Below, in pieces: positions 40,926 through 49,946 of a stretch of DNA of 64,000 bases (within the stretch, counting starts at the first letter, position 1; each line of letters begins with the position of its first letter). The stretch covers positions 1 through 64,000 of the forward strand of contig JAINCQ010000034.1 of assembly GCA_036574205.1 (NCBI GenBank), written 5' to 3'. Under the pieces are notes generated by a model. The model was not told the origin of the DNA and did not search any database. It saw nothing but the letters and a program-made list of their open reading frames with translations. The position numbers and the translations under genes are program-made. The stretch comes from Elusimicrobiota bacterium. GTDB lineage: Bacteria; Elusimicrobiota; Elusimicrobia; Elusimicrobiales; UBA9959.

Positions 40926-43745
40926 ATGAATTTTAACATAAACAAAAGTGATGATAATGAAAAAAAAGATAACCTGAACATCCCTTTCTCTAAAGAAACC
41001 TCAATAAAGAAGAAGGGGTTTGCTTTAGCAAAGATAAAGGGAAGTACTTCTATAATTGACAAACTTAAAACTTTATCAAAAAAAGATATTTCATATTTGC
41101 TTGTGGGAGTTTCAATATTGATTTTTGCACCTGTGGCTGAATATTTCCTGTCAAAACCACAGACATCAACTGCTCTTACGCCGGGTTTTGGAGAAAGAAG
41201 AGCATCAGATAGTGGTGGGATTTATGAGCCTGGAGTAAATGCTTTAAGTGCGGGTTCGCCAGATGGTATGGATGAAGTAATTGCTCCTCTTACAGCAAGA
41301 GACCCCGCTTCTTTGATTTTAGGCGCTCAAAAACAGGAACCTCCTCAAATACCACAACCGCCTGCAGAAACCAAAAGGGATTCAATAGCAGATATTGCAA
41401 GAAAATCTTTTTCTGAAGCTGTCAAATCTTCTCCTGCGCCATTTATCCCTCCAAAAATGCAGGCAAGTCTTAGGGGTGCTTCTTCTTTTTTTGGCGGTGG
41501 AGAAAGTTCAAGGACAAGTGGCGTAATTGGAGGAGGCAAGATTATTGCTGACGCAAAAAATGCTCCAACAAAATCACAGAAAAAGTCTATGATAGGGGCT
41601 CAGGCTATACCTGGATATAAAGGTGTTGCTTCGCAATCTGATTCTGTCAATAAAGGCGCTTTTGAAAAAATAAGAAATGCTGCTGACAAAGCTGCGGGAT
41701 ATTTTTCCGGAGCAAATGCAGTGGAATCCCTTGATAAAGCAGGTGCGGCATCTATAAATCCGGTTGGTAGTGGTGGACTTGGTGGTGGACTTGATGGTGG
41801 AAGAAACACAAATCCTTCTAACTCAAGCCTGAGGGATTTAAGGTCATATAGCCCGGGAGATCCATGCCGAGGTTCTATTGAAAGGGAATTAGCTTGCGAA
41901 AATGCAAGAAAAGCGAATGCTTTTAAAAACTGGCTTAAATATGATTTACCACAAAGCATAATACAGCAGGCTGTAAGTAACATAATAGGAAAGGGTTTAC
42001 TGGAACCTATAGGTAAAAAAGTTGCGAGTGCAACAAATTCTTTATTAAATCCACTTCCTCCGGACGATCCGAGTAACCATAAATATTGCTGGAAGTCTGC
42101 AACAATAAAGATAGAAGTTATGGTCCACGAGCAATCAAATGGGGTAATACAACTTGTACCACCGGTCACATTAAATGATTGTCCTTGTGGCTTTTTAACT
42201 ACTAAGCCGGATCCGGCTATGGGTCCTTCTTGCAGTTCTTCCGCGGGTGGAACTACTACACAAAATGGAGGAGCAGTTGATTCAGGGTCAACCGCGACTA
42301 ATAATGGTGAAAGTAGCAATACTTCTTCAACTGCAAATCCTCAAACCGGACATAACAGTGGAAGCGGCGGGGTTAGCGATGATATTAAAGGAGATATTGA
42401 AGCATATGATGCATATCTTGAAAAAGCTATTTCTGCCGCAAGAGCAGGAAGAGAAGCTACAACTGTAGCACAATTAAAAGAACAATCTAAAGTAGCAGGA
42501 GAAAACATAGAGCAGGCTATATCGGTAGCTCAAAAAATAACTCAGTCAAATACCGCAAAAATTGATTCTAATGGATTTAAAAAGGTTACTGAATATAAAA
42601 CTGCTATAGCTGAAGTGGATTCCAAATTAAAGACAGTGAGAGAGGATTATAATTCTTTTAATAACGAAATAGTTTCTTTTAACTCCACGCTTGAAAAAGC
42701 AATAGCAGATTATAAAGCCGGTAAGATAAAACCAAAATTGGCTAAAGGCGTTACCGCTGAAACTTTGGGAGGAAGCGAGGTTATAGTTAAACTTGAAGAG
42801 GCTAAATCAAAAGTTGAAAAAATAAAACAAGAAACTGCCCAGATTAAAGATGAGTATCTTAATAAATTTGAACAGAGATTGAAAAGTCATAATTCAGCAT
42901 ATAGCTGGTATGTAAATCAGATAAAGCTTGCAAAAGATGCAAACAAAAACATATATTCAGCATCAGGTTCACATGCATCTGAAGTAAAAAGCATCAACGC
43001 TCAAATAGCTCAAATACCTGATAATACTGCTGATCAGGCTTCAGTTTCAACATTAAAACAAATGTTTACATCTTTGACTGGCTTAAACGCTGAAAATGTT
43101 GGAATTAACGTTCAGCCTCAGACGGTCCTTGTCTCTTTGGATATTAAAGAATACAGAATGAGCGTTGGGGATGAATCCGACAAAATTTCTACGCTTATTA
43201 AGTGGCGTTCTGCTGATAAAGAGCAGGCTATGGCTGGGAAAATAAGTGATACAACTGCAATAGAACTGGAGAAGAAAAATTTTGAAGATGCAAAACCATC
43301 AGCTAAATTGTCTAAAGGGGATTACGCAACTTCTTTTGCAAATCTCTCTATGGATAATAGCTTTGTTATATCAATTATAAGAGCTGCTATGGTTGATAAA
43401 GATGTGGAGGAGTCCAAAAAACTTGTCTCCGGGGTTCTTGAAGGGCTTGATGGTTATAAAACTTTACTTGAAGCAAATAAAACTGACCTTGCAAATGTTA
43501 AATCAGAGATTAAACCTTTGCTTGATCAATTAGGGCCAGTTGCATCAACCAATCCTAAACCAGCGCCAAAACCAAAACCGAAACCAAAGCCAAAACCAAA
43601 ACCGAAACCAAAGCCAAAACCAGAACCCACAGGAAAACCGACAAATAGTAATTCCACAGTTGTTAATGTGACTGTTATAAATCAAGTAAGCGCAAGCGCT
43701 GATGCTAATTCAAATTCAGGCATTCAGGTTATTAAGAAAAAATAG
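40926..43745 (+). CDS. Array protein F: large N-anchored protein with Cys pairs, long coiled coil and (Pro-Lys)n tail
   Basis: 939-aa ORF; GGAG RBS; TM near residue 60; shares array motifs. Confidence 0.85.
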   Translation: MNFNINKSDDNEKKDNLNIPFSKETSIKKKGFALAKIKGSTSIIDKLKTLSKKDISYLLVGVSILIFAPVAEYFLSKPQTSTALTPGFGERRASDSGGIYEPGVNALSAGSPDGMDEVIAPLTARDPASLILGAQKQEPPQIPQPPAETKRDSIADIARKSFSEAVKSSPAPFIPPKMQASLRGASSFFGGGESSRTSGVIGGGKIIADAKNAPTKSQKKSMIGAQAIPGYKGVASQSDSVNKGAFEKIRNAADKAAGYFSGANAVESLDKAGAASINPVGSGGLGGGLDGGRNTNPSNSSLRDLRSYSPGDPCRGSIERELACENARKANAFKNWLKYDLPQSIIQQAVSNIIGKGLLEPIGKKVASATNSLLNPLPPDDPSNHKYCWKSATIKIEVMVHEQSNGVIQLVPPVTLNDCPCGFLTTKPDPAMGPSCSSSAGGTTTQNGGAVDSGSTATNNGESSNTSSTANPQTGHNSGSGGVSDDIKGDIEAYDAYLEKAISAARAGREATTVAQLKEQSKVAGENIEQAISVAQKITQSNTAKIDSNGFKKVTEYKTAIAEVDSKLKTVREDYNSFNNEIVSFNSTLEKAIADYKAGKIKPKLAKGVTAETLGGSEVIVKLEEAKSKVEKIKQETAQIKDEYLNKFEQRLKSHNSAYSWYVNQIKLAKDANKNIYSASGSHASEVKSINAQIAQIPDNTADQASVSTLKQMFTSLTGLNAENVGINVQPQTVLVSLDIKEYRMSVGDESDKISTLIKWRSADKEQAMAGKISDTTAIELEKKNFEDAKPSAKLSKGDYATSFANLSMDNSFVISIIRAAMVDKDVEESKKLVSGVLEGLDGYKTLLEANKTDLANVKSEIKPLLDQLGPVASTNPKPAPKPKPKPKPKPKPKPKPKPEPTGKPTNSNSTVVNVTVINQVSASADANSNSGIQVIKKK
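43554..43628 (+). repeat. Coding hexamer repeat (CCNAAR)n encoding (PK)n
   Basis: PKPAPKPKPKPKPKPKPKPKPKPEP. Confidence 0.95.
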
Positions 43746-43771
43746 TTTGTTAAGCTCTTTTTGGATTAGAT

Positions 43772-43801
43772 AAACTGCCCGAAAGAATTCGGGCAGTTTT
43801 T
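43772..43801 (+). terminator. Intrinsic terminator after array gene F
   Basis: AAACTGCCCGAA-AGAA-TTCGGGCAGTTT plus further Ts. Confidence 0.9.
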
Positions 43802-43855
43802 ATTTTGAGCGAGATTTAATAAATGGTATAATATTGCTTAATGGAGGTTTTAAAT

Positions 43856-44917
43856 ATGAAAAAACAAGATTATTTAAAAGATAAGATAAAGCATATAGAT
43901 ATTAAAAAATATAATCTGGTTGATATGATAGAAGATATGGGGGATATGGCTTTTTCTTCAAGAGATCTTGCCCGGGCAGCAAAGATTTATGATATGATGA
44001 TTAAGGATAAAAATGTTTCTATAATTCTGACACTTGCTGGATCGCTATTTTCAGCAGGGCTTAAAAAAGTGGTTTATGATATGATTAAAAACAATATGGT
44101 TGACGCTATAGTTTCCACCGGAGCGATAATAGTGGATCAGGATTTTTTTGAAGCCCTTGGTTTTAAACATTATAAAGGATGGTGGCATAATATAGATGAT
44201 AATGAATTAAGAGAACTTCATATCGACAGAATTTATGATACTTTTATAGATGAAGATGATTTGAGGGTATGCGACGAGACAATTTATAAAATAGCAAATT
44301 CGCTTGAAAAACGACCATATTCCTCAAGAGAATTTATTGAAGAAATGGGGAAATATCTTGTGAAAAACGCCAAAAATAAAGAATCTGTGGTTCTTCTAGC
44401 TTATGAGAAAAGAGTTCCAATATTTGTCCCTGCTTTTTCTGATTGTTCTGCTGGTTTTGGTCTTGTTCAACATCAGTGGGAAAATCCTCAAAATTGTGTT
44501 TCTATAGATAGTGCGAAGGATTTTCTTGAATTGACAAAGCTTAAGATAAAAGCTAAAGAAACTGGAATATTTATGATAGGTGGAGGGGTTCCAAAGAATT
44601 TTACTCAGGATGTAGTTGTGGCGTGTGATGTTCTAGGGTATAATTTGCCTATGCATAAATATGCAATTCAGATAACAGTTGCTGATGTCAGAGATGGCGC
44701 TTTAAGTAGTTCAACTTTAAAAGAAGCTTCAAGTTGGGGTAAGGTTGATACAAGCTGGGAGCAGATGGTTTATAGTGAAGCTACACTGGCATTTCCTATG
44801 ATAGCAGGATATGCTTATCATAAGGGTGGATGGAAAGGAAGGAAAGAGAAAAAGTATAGTGATTGGTTAAATAACGAAGCAAAGAATTTAAATGGTGTTG
44901 CAAAAGTAAAAGTATAA
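43856..44917 (+). CDS. Deoxyhypusine synthase-like protein (probable homospermidine synthase, SpeY-like)
   Basis: 'VDAIVSTGA', 'IDRIYDT', 'PAFSDCSAG', 'GGGVPKNF', 'DGALSSSTLKEASSWGK'; GGAGG precedes ATG 43856. Confidence 0.9.
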   Translation: MKKQDYLKDKIKHIDIKKYNLVDMIEDMGDMAFSSRDLARAAKIYDMMIKDKNVSIILTLAGSLFSAGLKKVVYDMIKNNMVDAIVSTGAIIVDQDFFEALGFKHYKGWWHNIDDNELRELHIDRIYDTFIDEDDLRVCDETIYKIANSLEKRPYSSREFIEEMGKYLVKNAKNKESVVLLAYEKRVPIFVPAFSDCSAGFGLVQHQWENPQNCVSIDSAKDFLELTKLKIKAKETGIFMIGGGVPKNFTQDVVVACDVLGYNLPMHKYAIQITVADVRDGALSSSTLKEASSWGKVDTSWEQMVYSEATLAFPMIAGYAYHKGGWKGRKEKKYSDWLNNEAKNLNGVAKVKV

Positions 44918-44940
44918 GTTTTAAAGATTTAGTGTTTAAA

Positions 44941-44980
44941 TCCCTTCCCCCTTGATGGGGGAAGGTAAAGGATGAGGGTG
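44941..44980. repeat. BoxC/REP-like intergenic palindromic element
   Basis: CCTTCCCCC-TTGAT-GGGGGAAGG hairpin followed by purine tail TAAAGGATGAGGGTG. Confidence 0.65.
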
Positions 44981-45041
44981 AAAAAAGGAGAGGGATATAT
45001 TAAAATTGAGAGGACAAATATGAAGTGTAAAAGGGAGGAAA

Positions 45042-45914
45042 ATGAAAAAAATAAAAGTGCTAATGTTATTGGTGTTTTCTTTGACTGGAGTTTTACCGAG
45101 CTTTGTGGAGGCATATTTTGATGGCGGAATAAATTATGTTACTGGTAAAGATGGATATAACGGTCAGGATTTATATCTTACCATAGGTGGTGATAACTGG
45201 TGGGTTAAGCCAGGATATTCCAGTTGGGATAGGGATTCAATTGATGAAAAATTTAGTGTATTTGGCGCTAAAATTGGGTTTGAAAAGGAAACATATACTC
45301 TTTCTTTTGGAGCAAGCACAACCCCTGAAAAAAATTATTATAAAAATGTTTCAGTTAGTGGGGATATAACATTTTCTTTAAATCCCACATCTTCTTCAAG
45401 AAAAAGAATAGCGGGTCCAAATTCTGGTCCGGCTTCAAAAAGTGCAAGTGGGGTTACTCAAATAGATATTGGTGGGCAGGTTAATCTAACAGCTCATACA
45501 TATACTGATAGCGATAAAGATCTTAAGGAATTAGATATATCTCTTTTTGCTGGAGCAAAGGTTTTTATGGTGAATCTTTCAGCAAACTACACTTTTTCAA
45601 GTTATGATGATAATGACCTTTCTAAACAGAAGGCTCCTGGCACATTGAGGCTTTATGGAATGTCAAGTTATTTTGGCTCTTTTACAAAATCTAATTTTAA
45701 TTTTAAAATTGATATACCTGGATCACCGTTTGTTACTCCATTTGTTTCTTACAATAGGGTAAAATTTACTGATGACACTGATGATCTGGATGTTTATGGT
45801 ATTGGGGGATATATAGATTTAAATATGGTTAGAGCAACAGTTAAATATGAAACATATAAAAACGGAGATAAGAGAAGTAATTTTATTTCAGTTGCCGCTG
45901 GATTAAGTTTTTAA
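45042..45914 (+). CDS. Putative outer-membrane beta-barrel protein
   Basis: Signal peptide ending 'VEA'; amphipathic strands; C-terminal Phe ('VAAGLSF'). Confidence 0.75.
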   Translation: MKKIKVLMLLVFSLTGVLPSFVEAYFDGGINYVTGKDGYNGQDLYLTIGGDNWWVKPGYSSWDRDSIDEKFSVFGAKIGFEKETYTLSFGASTTPEKNYYKNVSVSGDITFSLNPTSSSRKRIAGPNSGPASKSASGVTQIDIGGQVNLTAHTYTDSDKDLKELDISLFAGAKVFMVNLSANYTFSSYDDNDLSKQKAPGTLRLYGMSSYFGSFTKSNFNFKIDIPGSPFVTPFVSYNRVKFTDDTDDLDVYGIGGYIDLNMVRATVKYETYKNGDKRSNFISVAAGLSF

Positions 45915-45926
45915 TCCTTAGTTTTT

Positions 45927-47507
45927 ATGGAGAGTTTAGCGCTTAAATATAGGCCAAAGTATTTTAGTGAGTTAATAGGACAGGAAGTCGTTTCAAAAAC
46001 TTTAGCAAATGCAGTTAAATCAGGAAAGATATTTCATTCATATCTTTTTTATGGACCCCGTGGATGTGGAAAAACATCCAGCGCAAGAATTCTTGCAAAA
46101 GCATTAAACTGTCACTTATCTTCAAACGCAGATCCATGCAATAAATGCATTTCATGCAGGGAAATATCTCAGGGTAATTCAATAGATGTTATAGAAATAG
46201 ATGCGGCAAGTTACACTCAGGTTCAAAATATAAGGGATGTTATAATTGATAATGTTAGTTTATCTCCTTCAAGAGATAAATATAAAGTATATATATTAGA
46301 TGAAGTTCATATGCTTTCAACAAGCGCTTTTAATGCTTTATTGAAGACCATTGAAGAACCACCACCTCATGCTGTTTTCATTCTGGCTACTACTGAGATA
46401 CACAAAGTTCCATTAACAATAATTTCAAGATGTCAGACTTTTAGATTTAAGCCTATACCTTTGAATTTGATAGTTAAACGACTGGAGGAAATATGTAAAA
46501 GCGAAGGTATAAAATATGAAAAAGAGGGACTTGATCTTATAGCAGCCTCGTCCTCTGGCGCGATGAGAGATTCATTAAGCCTGCTGGAAAAAGTTGCTTC
46601 TTTTTCCAGAAATAATGTTACTTTTGATGTGGTTGGAGAAATACTCGGTTATCCATCAAGGGAGATAATAAAAGATCTTTCTAAGGCAATATTGCAGAGG
46701 GATATTGATGCCATACATTCAGTTTTTACAAAAATAAATGAGGAAGGAATAGATGCTATTTCTGTATTAAAAGAACTGAGAGATTATTTTTCCAAATCTT
46801 TTCTTGCTAAAAAGAATTTTTATCAGATGAGTGATGTTTTAGATTTTAATCCTTTTCTTTTTGTTAAGTTAGCAAGAAAAATAAATAGGATTATAGATGA
46901 GATTAGATATTCAGACACTGTAAGCCTTATGGCTGAGACCTTTATTTATACATTAATAGATTCAACTATTGATATAGACAATCTTATAAAAAAGATTGAA
47001 TCTTCTCCGTTATTGACTTCTGATAAAGAAGATTTTAAACCGGTAAAAGAAATTAATAAAGTAGCTGATAATAATCTTAGTCGTAGTAATAATATGAAGG
47101 AAGAAAGCTGGGCTGAGATATGGAAAAAGGTTCTTAATTCTATCATCAACGAAAATATACCTCTTTATAATATGCTTCTTTCATCAGATATAAAATTGGC
47201 AGGCAGTACTGTTATTATAGACGCAAAAAACCAGTTTGAAAAGGATTTTATAACTAAAAATATAGCTTTCATAGAAAAGTATATTAATCTTTTTTCAAAG
47301 AAGTTATATAAGATAGAGGTTAATAGCAAAAAAAAAGTCGGGGGTGTTGAGGTTTTAGAAAGTAAAGAATCGTCAAAGGAACATGAGGATATACCAGACA
47401 AAATCAAATTTAAAAATATAGACAATGGTGAGGAGTTATTCCCTGAGGGTGAAAAGATTAAGAAAGTGTTTGGGCATAGCATAATTAAGATTATAAAAAA
47501 CAAATGA
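45927..47507 (+). CDS. dnaX: DNA polymerase III subunit gamma/tau
   Basis: 'LALKYRP', 'GPRGCGKTS.AR', zinc motif, 'DEVHMLS..AFNALLKTIEEPP', 'SRC'. Confidence 0.97.
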   Translation: MESLALKYRPKYFSELIGQEVVSKTLANAVKSGKIFHSYLFYGPRGCGKTSSARILAKALNCHLSSNADPCNKCISCREISQGNSIDVIEIDAASYTQVQNIRDVIIDNVSLSPSRDKYKVYILDEVHMLSTSAFNALLKTIEEPPPHAVFILATTEIHKVPLTIISRCQTFRFKPIPLNLIVKRLEEICKSEGIKYEKEGLDLIAASSSGAMRDSLSLLEKVASFSRNNVTFDVVGEILGYPSREIIKDLSKAILQRDIDAIHSVFTKINEEGIDAISVLKELRDYFSKSFLAKKNFYQMSDVLDFNPFLFVKLARKINRIIDEIRYSDTVSLMAETFIYTLIDSTIDIDNLIKKIESSPLLTSDKEDFKPVKEINKVADNNLSRSNNMKEESWAEIWKKVLNSIINENIPLYNMLLSSDIKLAGSTVIIDAKNQFEKDFITKNIAFIEKYINLFSKKLYKIEVNSKKKVGGVEVLESKESSKEHEDIPDKIKFKNIDNGEELFPEGEKIKKVFGHSIIKIIKNK

Positions 47508-48100
47508 ATAGTATAGAAAAAATTATAAAGTGCTTCAGGAAATTTCCTTCGGTTGGACCAAAACAGGCTGAGCGGTTTGCTATGTATGTTATGAAAAGTG
47601 CTGAGGAGGAAATAAGTGAACTTGTGAATTCTATTATAGAAGTTAAGTCTACGATAAAACAATGTAGTAAATGTTATAACTATACATCGAATGAGGTATG
47701 TGATATATGTAGTGATAAAAATAGAGACCCTAAAACTATATGTATTGTAGAAAATCCTTTTGATATTATAGCGATAGAAAAGACTGGAATATATAACGGG
47801 CTTTATTTCATTCTCGGTTCGTATATAATACCACAATCTTCTTCAAGCATTTTTTTAAATCGCATAGATTTTTTGAAGGATAGGATACAAAAAGAGGGAG
47901 TAGAAGAACTTATAATAGCGCTTAACACTACAACTGAAGGACAGGCAAGCGCTTTATATATAAAAGATAGCCTTAAAAATATTGTTCCTAAAATTTCAAG
48001 GATAGCTTTTGGGGTTCCTCTTGGCGCTGATATTGATTATATAGACGAATTTACCCTCAGTTACGCATTAAAAGGAAGAACACCTATAGATGGGAAATAA
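47504..48100 (+). CDS. recR: Recombination mediator RecR
   Basis: 'PSVGPKQAERFA', C4 zinc finger, 'ICIVE', 'SRIAFGVP.G..I.Y.D..TL'. Confidence 0.95.
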   Translation: MNSIEKIIKCFRKFPSVGPKQAERFAMYVMKSAEEEISELVNSIIEVKSTIKQCSKCYNYTSNEVCDICSDKNRDPKTICIVENPFDIIAIEKTGIYNGLYFILGSYIIPQSSSSIFLNRIDFLKDRIQKEGVEELIIALNTTTEGQASALYIKDSLKNIVPKISRIAFGVPLGADIDYIDEFTLSYALKGRTPIDGK

Positions 48101-48105
48101 TCTGG

Positions 48106-49896
48106 ATGCGTCTTGAATATTATTTAAGACCTGTTGTAATATTTTTTGGATTATATCTTGTTTTGATATTTTTATTCTCTTCTTTTCTACTTAAAAAAGA
48201 CTCTTACTTACCTGATGCAGATGTTTTGAAATCAAAAAAAAGATTTTGCGGTTATGTTATTTCCTATCCTCTTAAATCAAATAAAAATTATTATTTTTAT
48301 TTTGAATCAGACAATCACAATCTCGTTGTAAGAAGCGATATTGATTTCAAATTTAATCTTTATGAAGAAATATGCTTTGAAGGTGAAGTCAAAGAACCTG
48401 AAAATTATAATCCGGAGGGTAATTTTAATTGGATAGATTATCTAAAGCGAAAAAATATTTACTATGAAGTTAAACTAAAAAAAATTTTAAGTCGCAAAGA
48501 CTCTCCAATAATTTTTTATTTTTCAGGAAAATTAAGGCAGGAGATAAAAAAAAATTTTAAAAAAAGGTTTAGCGGTGATGCTCTTGCTGTTATAAACGGA
48601 ATATTTTTAGGAGAAAAAAGTGAACTTTCAAAAACTTTAAGAAGAGCTATTACAAACTGCGGGGCGATGCATATTCTTGTGGCATCCGGGTTTCATGTTT
48701 CCTATATGTTTGGCATAATATTTTTTGCAATCAGGATAATTGGCTTTAACTTTAAAAATGCAAGATTTATCGCCGGGGTGTTTGTCCTTTTATACGTTTT
48801 TCTTGTTGGATTAAACCCACCGATAGTAAGATCGTATATAATGCTTTTGTTTGTTTTAGTTTCATTCGCTTTAAAGAAAAATACTGATGTATTACATCCT
48901 ATTATAGTATCTGCTTTTGTTATGCTTTTAATTAATCCTTTATTGATTTACGATAGTTCTTTTTTGATGTCTTTTGTTTCAATATATGGGATTGTAGTTG
49001 GTTATTTAAATTATGAAAAATATATAAATTTTTCATTTTTTGAAAATATAATTTCCTTCAGGTATTCAAAAAAGTTGATTTCATTTTTAAATATTATTTT
49101 TTCAACAATGGCTGTTACTTTTTTTGCTCAGATTGCGCTTCTTCCAGTTACACTTCCTATGTTTTATAAAATATATCCAATTTCTCTTATTTCAAATTTG
49201 ATTCTTATACCGCTTGCTATGATAATAATAACAATTTTAATGATATGGTTGCCATTTTCTTTTTGGGATCAAGGGGATCTTGTGGCATTGATTCTTGATA
49301 AAGTAGTTTTGGGATTTATAAATGTTTCTTATTTTTTTTCATCGCTTAAGTTTTCCTCTGTTTATTTCTATTTCCCGAATTCTATTTTTATGATATTTTT
49401 TGTTATTTTTATCCTGCTGATATTGCATTTGCCTATTTTAGATTTTAAAAAAGCTACATTAAAAGCTTTTATATTTTTTATATTGATTGGGTTAATTGTT
49501 TCCTATAACTGGGTTGAGAAAAAAGAAAACGATATATGTTTTGAAAATTATGGAACGAAAGGCTGTATTGTGTTTAAAAATGGTAAAGTTTATTTAATAA
49601 ATCCTGTTATAGATGCGGATAAAATAGCAAATTCAGTTTTTTATTCAAAACACAAGAATATAGATTATATCTTAATCAGTTCAAAAAAAGGGTTAAGGAA
49701 AAATATTATAAAAGAACTTAAAGAGATTTTCAATATAAAAGATATATATCTTCCACTATGGCTTTGCAAGGAAGGGGAAAAATGTGTTTTTGGTGATGAG
49801 AAATACGATGATTTTTATGTCAAATTTAGGAAGACATTTGGTTATTTTAATGTTTATTCAGAGGTTAATTATTGTTTTGATGATGAGTGCTATTAA
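48106..49896 (+). CDS. comEC: ComEC/Rec2 competence protein
   Basis: 'NPEGNFNW..YL', 'GAMHILVASGFHV', 'P.IVRS.IM', 'SFLMSF', 'SNL..IP'. Confidence 0.9.
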   Translation: MRLEYYLRPVVIFFGLYLVLIFLFSSFLLKKDSYLPDADVLKSKKRFCGYVISYPLKSNKNYYFYFESDNHNLVVRSDIDFKFNLYEEICFEGEVKEPENYNPEGNFNWIDYLKRKNIYYEVKLKKILSRKDSPIIFYFSGKLRQEIKKNFKKRFSGDALAVINGIFLGEKSELSKTLRRAITNCGAMHILVASGFHVSYMFGIIFFAIRIIGFNFKNARFIAGVFVLLYVFLVGLNPPIVRSYIMLLFVLVSFALKKNTDVLHPIIVSAFVMLLINPLLIYDSSFLMSFVSIYGIVVGYLNYEKYINFSFFENIISFRYSKKLISFLNIIFSTMAVTFFAQIALLPVTLPMFYKIYPISLISNLILIPLAMIIITILMIWLPFSFWDQGDLVALILDKVVLGFINVSYFFSSLKFSSVYFYFPNSIFMIFFVIFILLILHLPILDFKKATLKAFIFFILIGLIVSYNWVEKKENDICFENYGTKGCIVFKNGKVYLINPVIDADKIANSVFYSKHKNIDYILISSKKGLRKNIIKELKEIFNIKDIYLPLWLCKEGEKCVFGDEKYDDFYVKFRKTFGYFNVYSEVNYCFDDECY

Positions 49897-49946
49897 TTAA
49901 ATATCTTTATGGCTTTTTTCTTAAGTCTTTTATATAATAATCTTAT

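Noticed and set aside
41600..42319. 239-aa antisense ORF inside array gene F
   Set aside because: Shadow ORF of a Gly/Ser-rich coding strand with no recognisable motif.
33562..43745. Assigning the array to T3SS, T4SS, T6SS or type IV pilins
   Set aside because: No ATPase, secretin or other hallmark component, and no canonical G|FxxxE prepilin motif.
47165..47836. 223-aa antisense ORF over dnaX/recR, and the other short overlapping ORFs in the track
   Set aside because: They lie opposite or within well-supported genes and have the Phe/Ile/Ser-rich composition typical of shadow ORFs.
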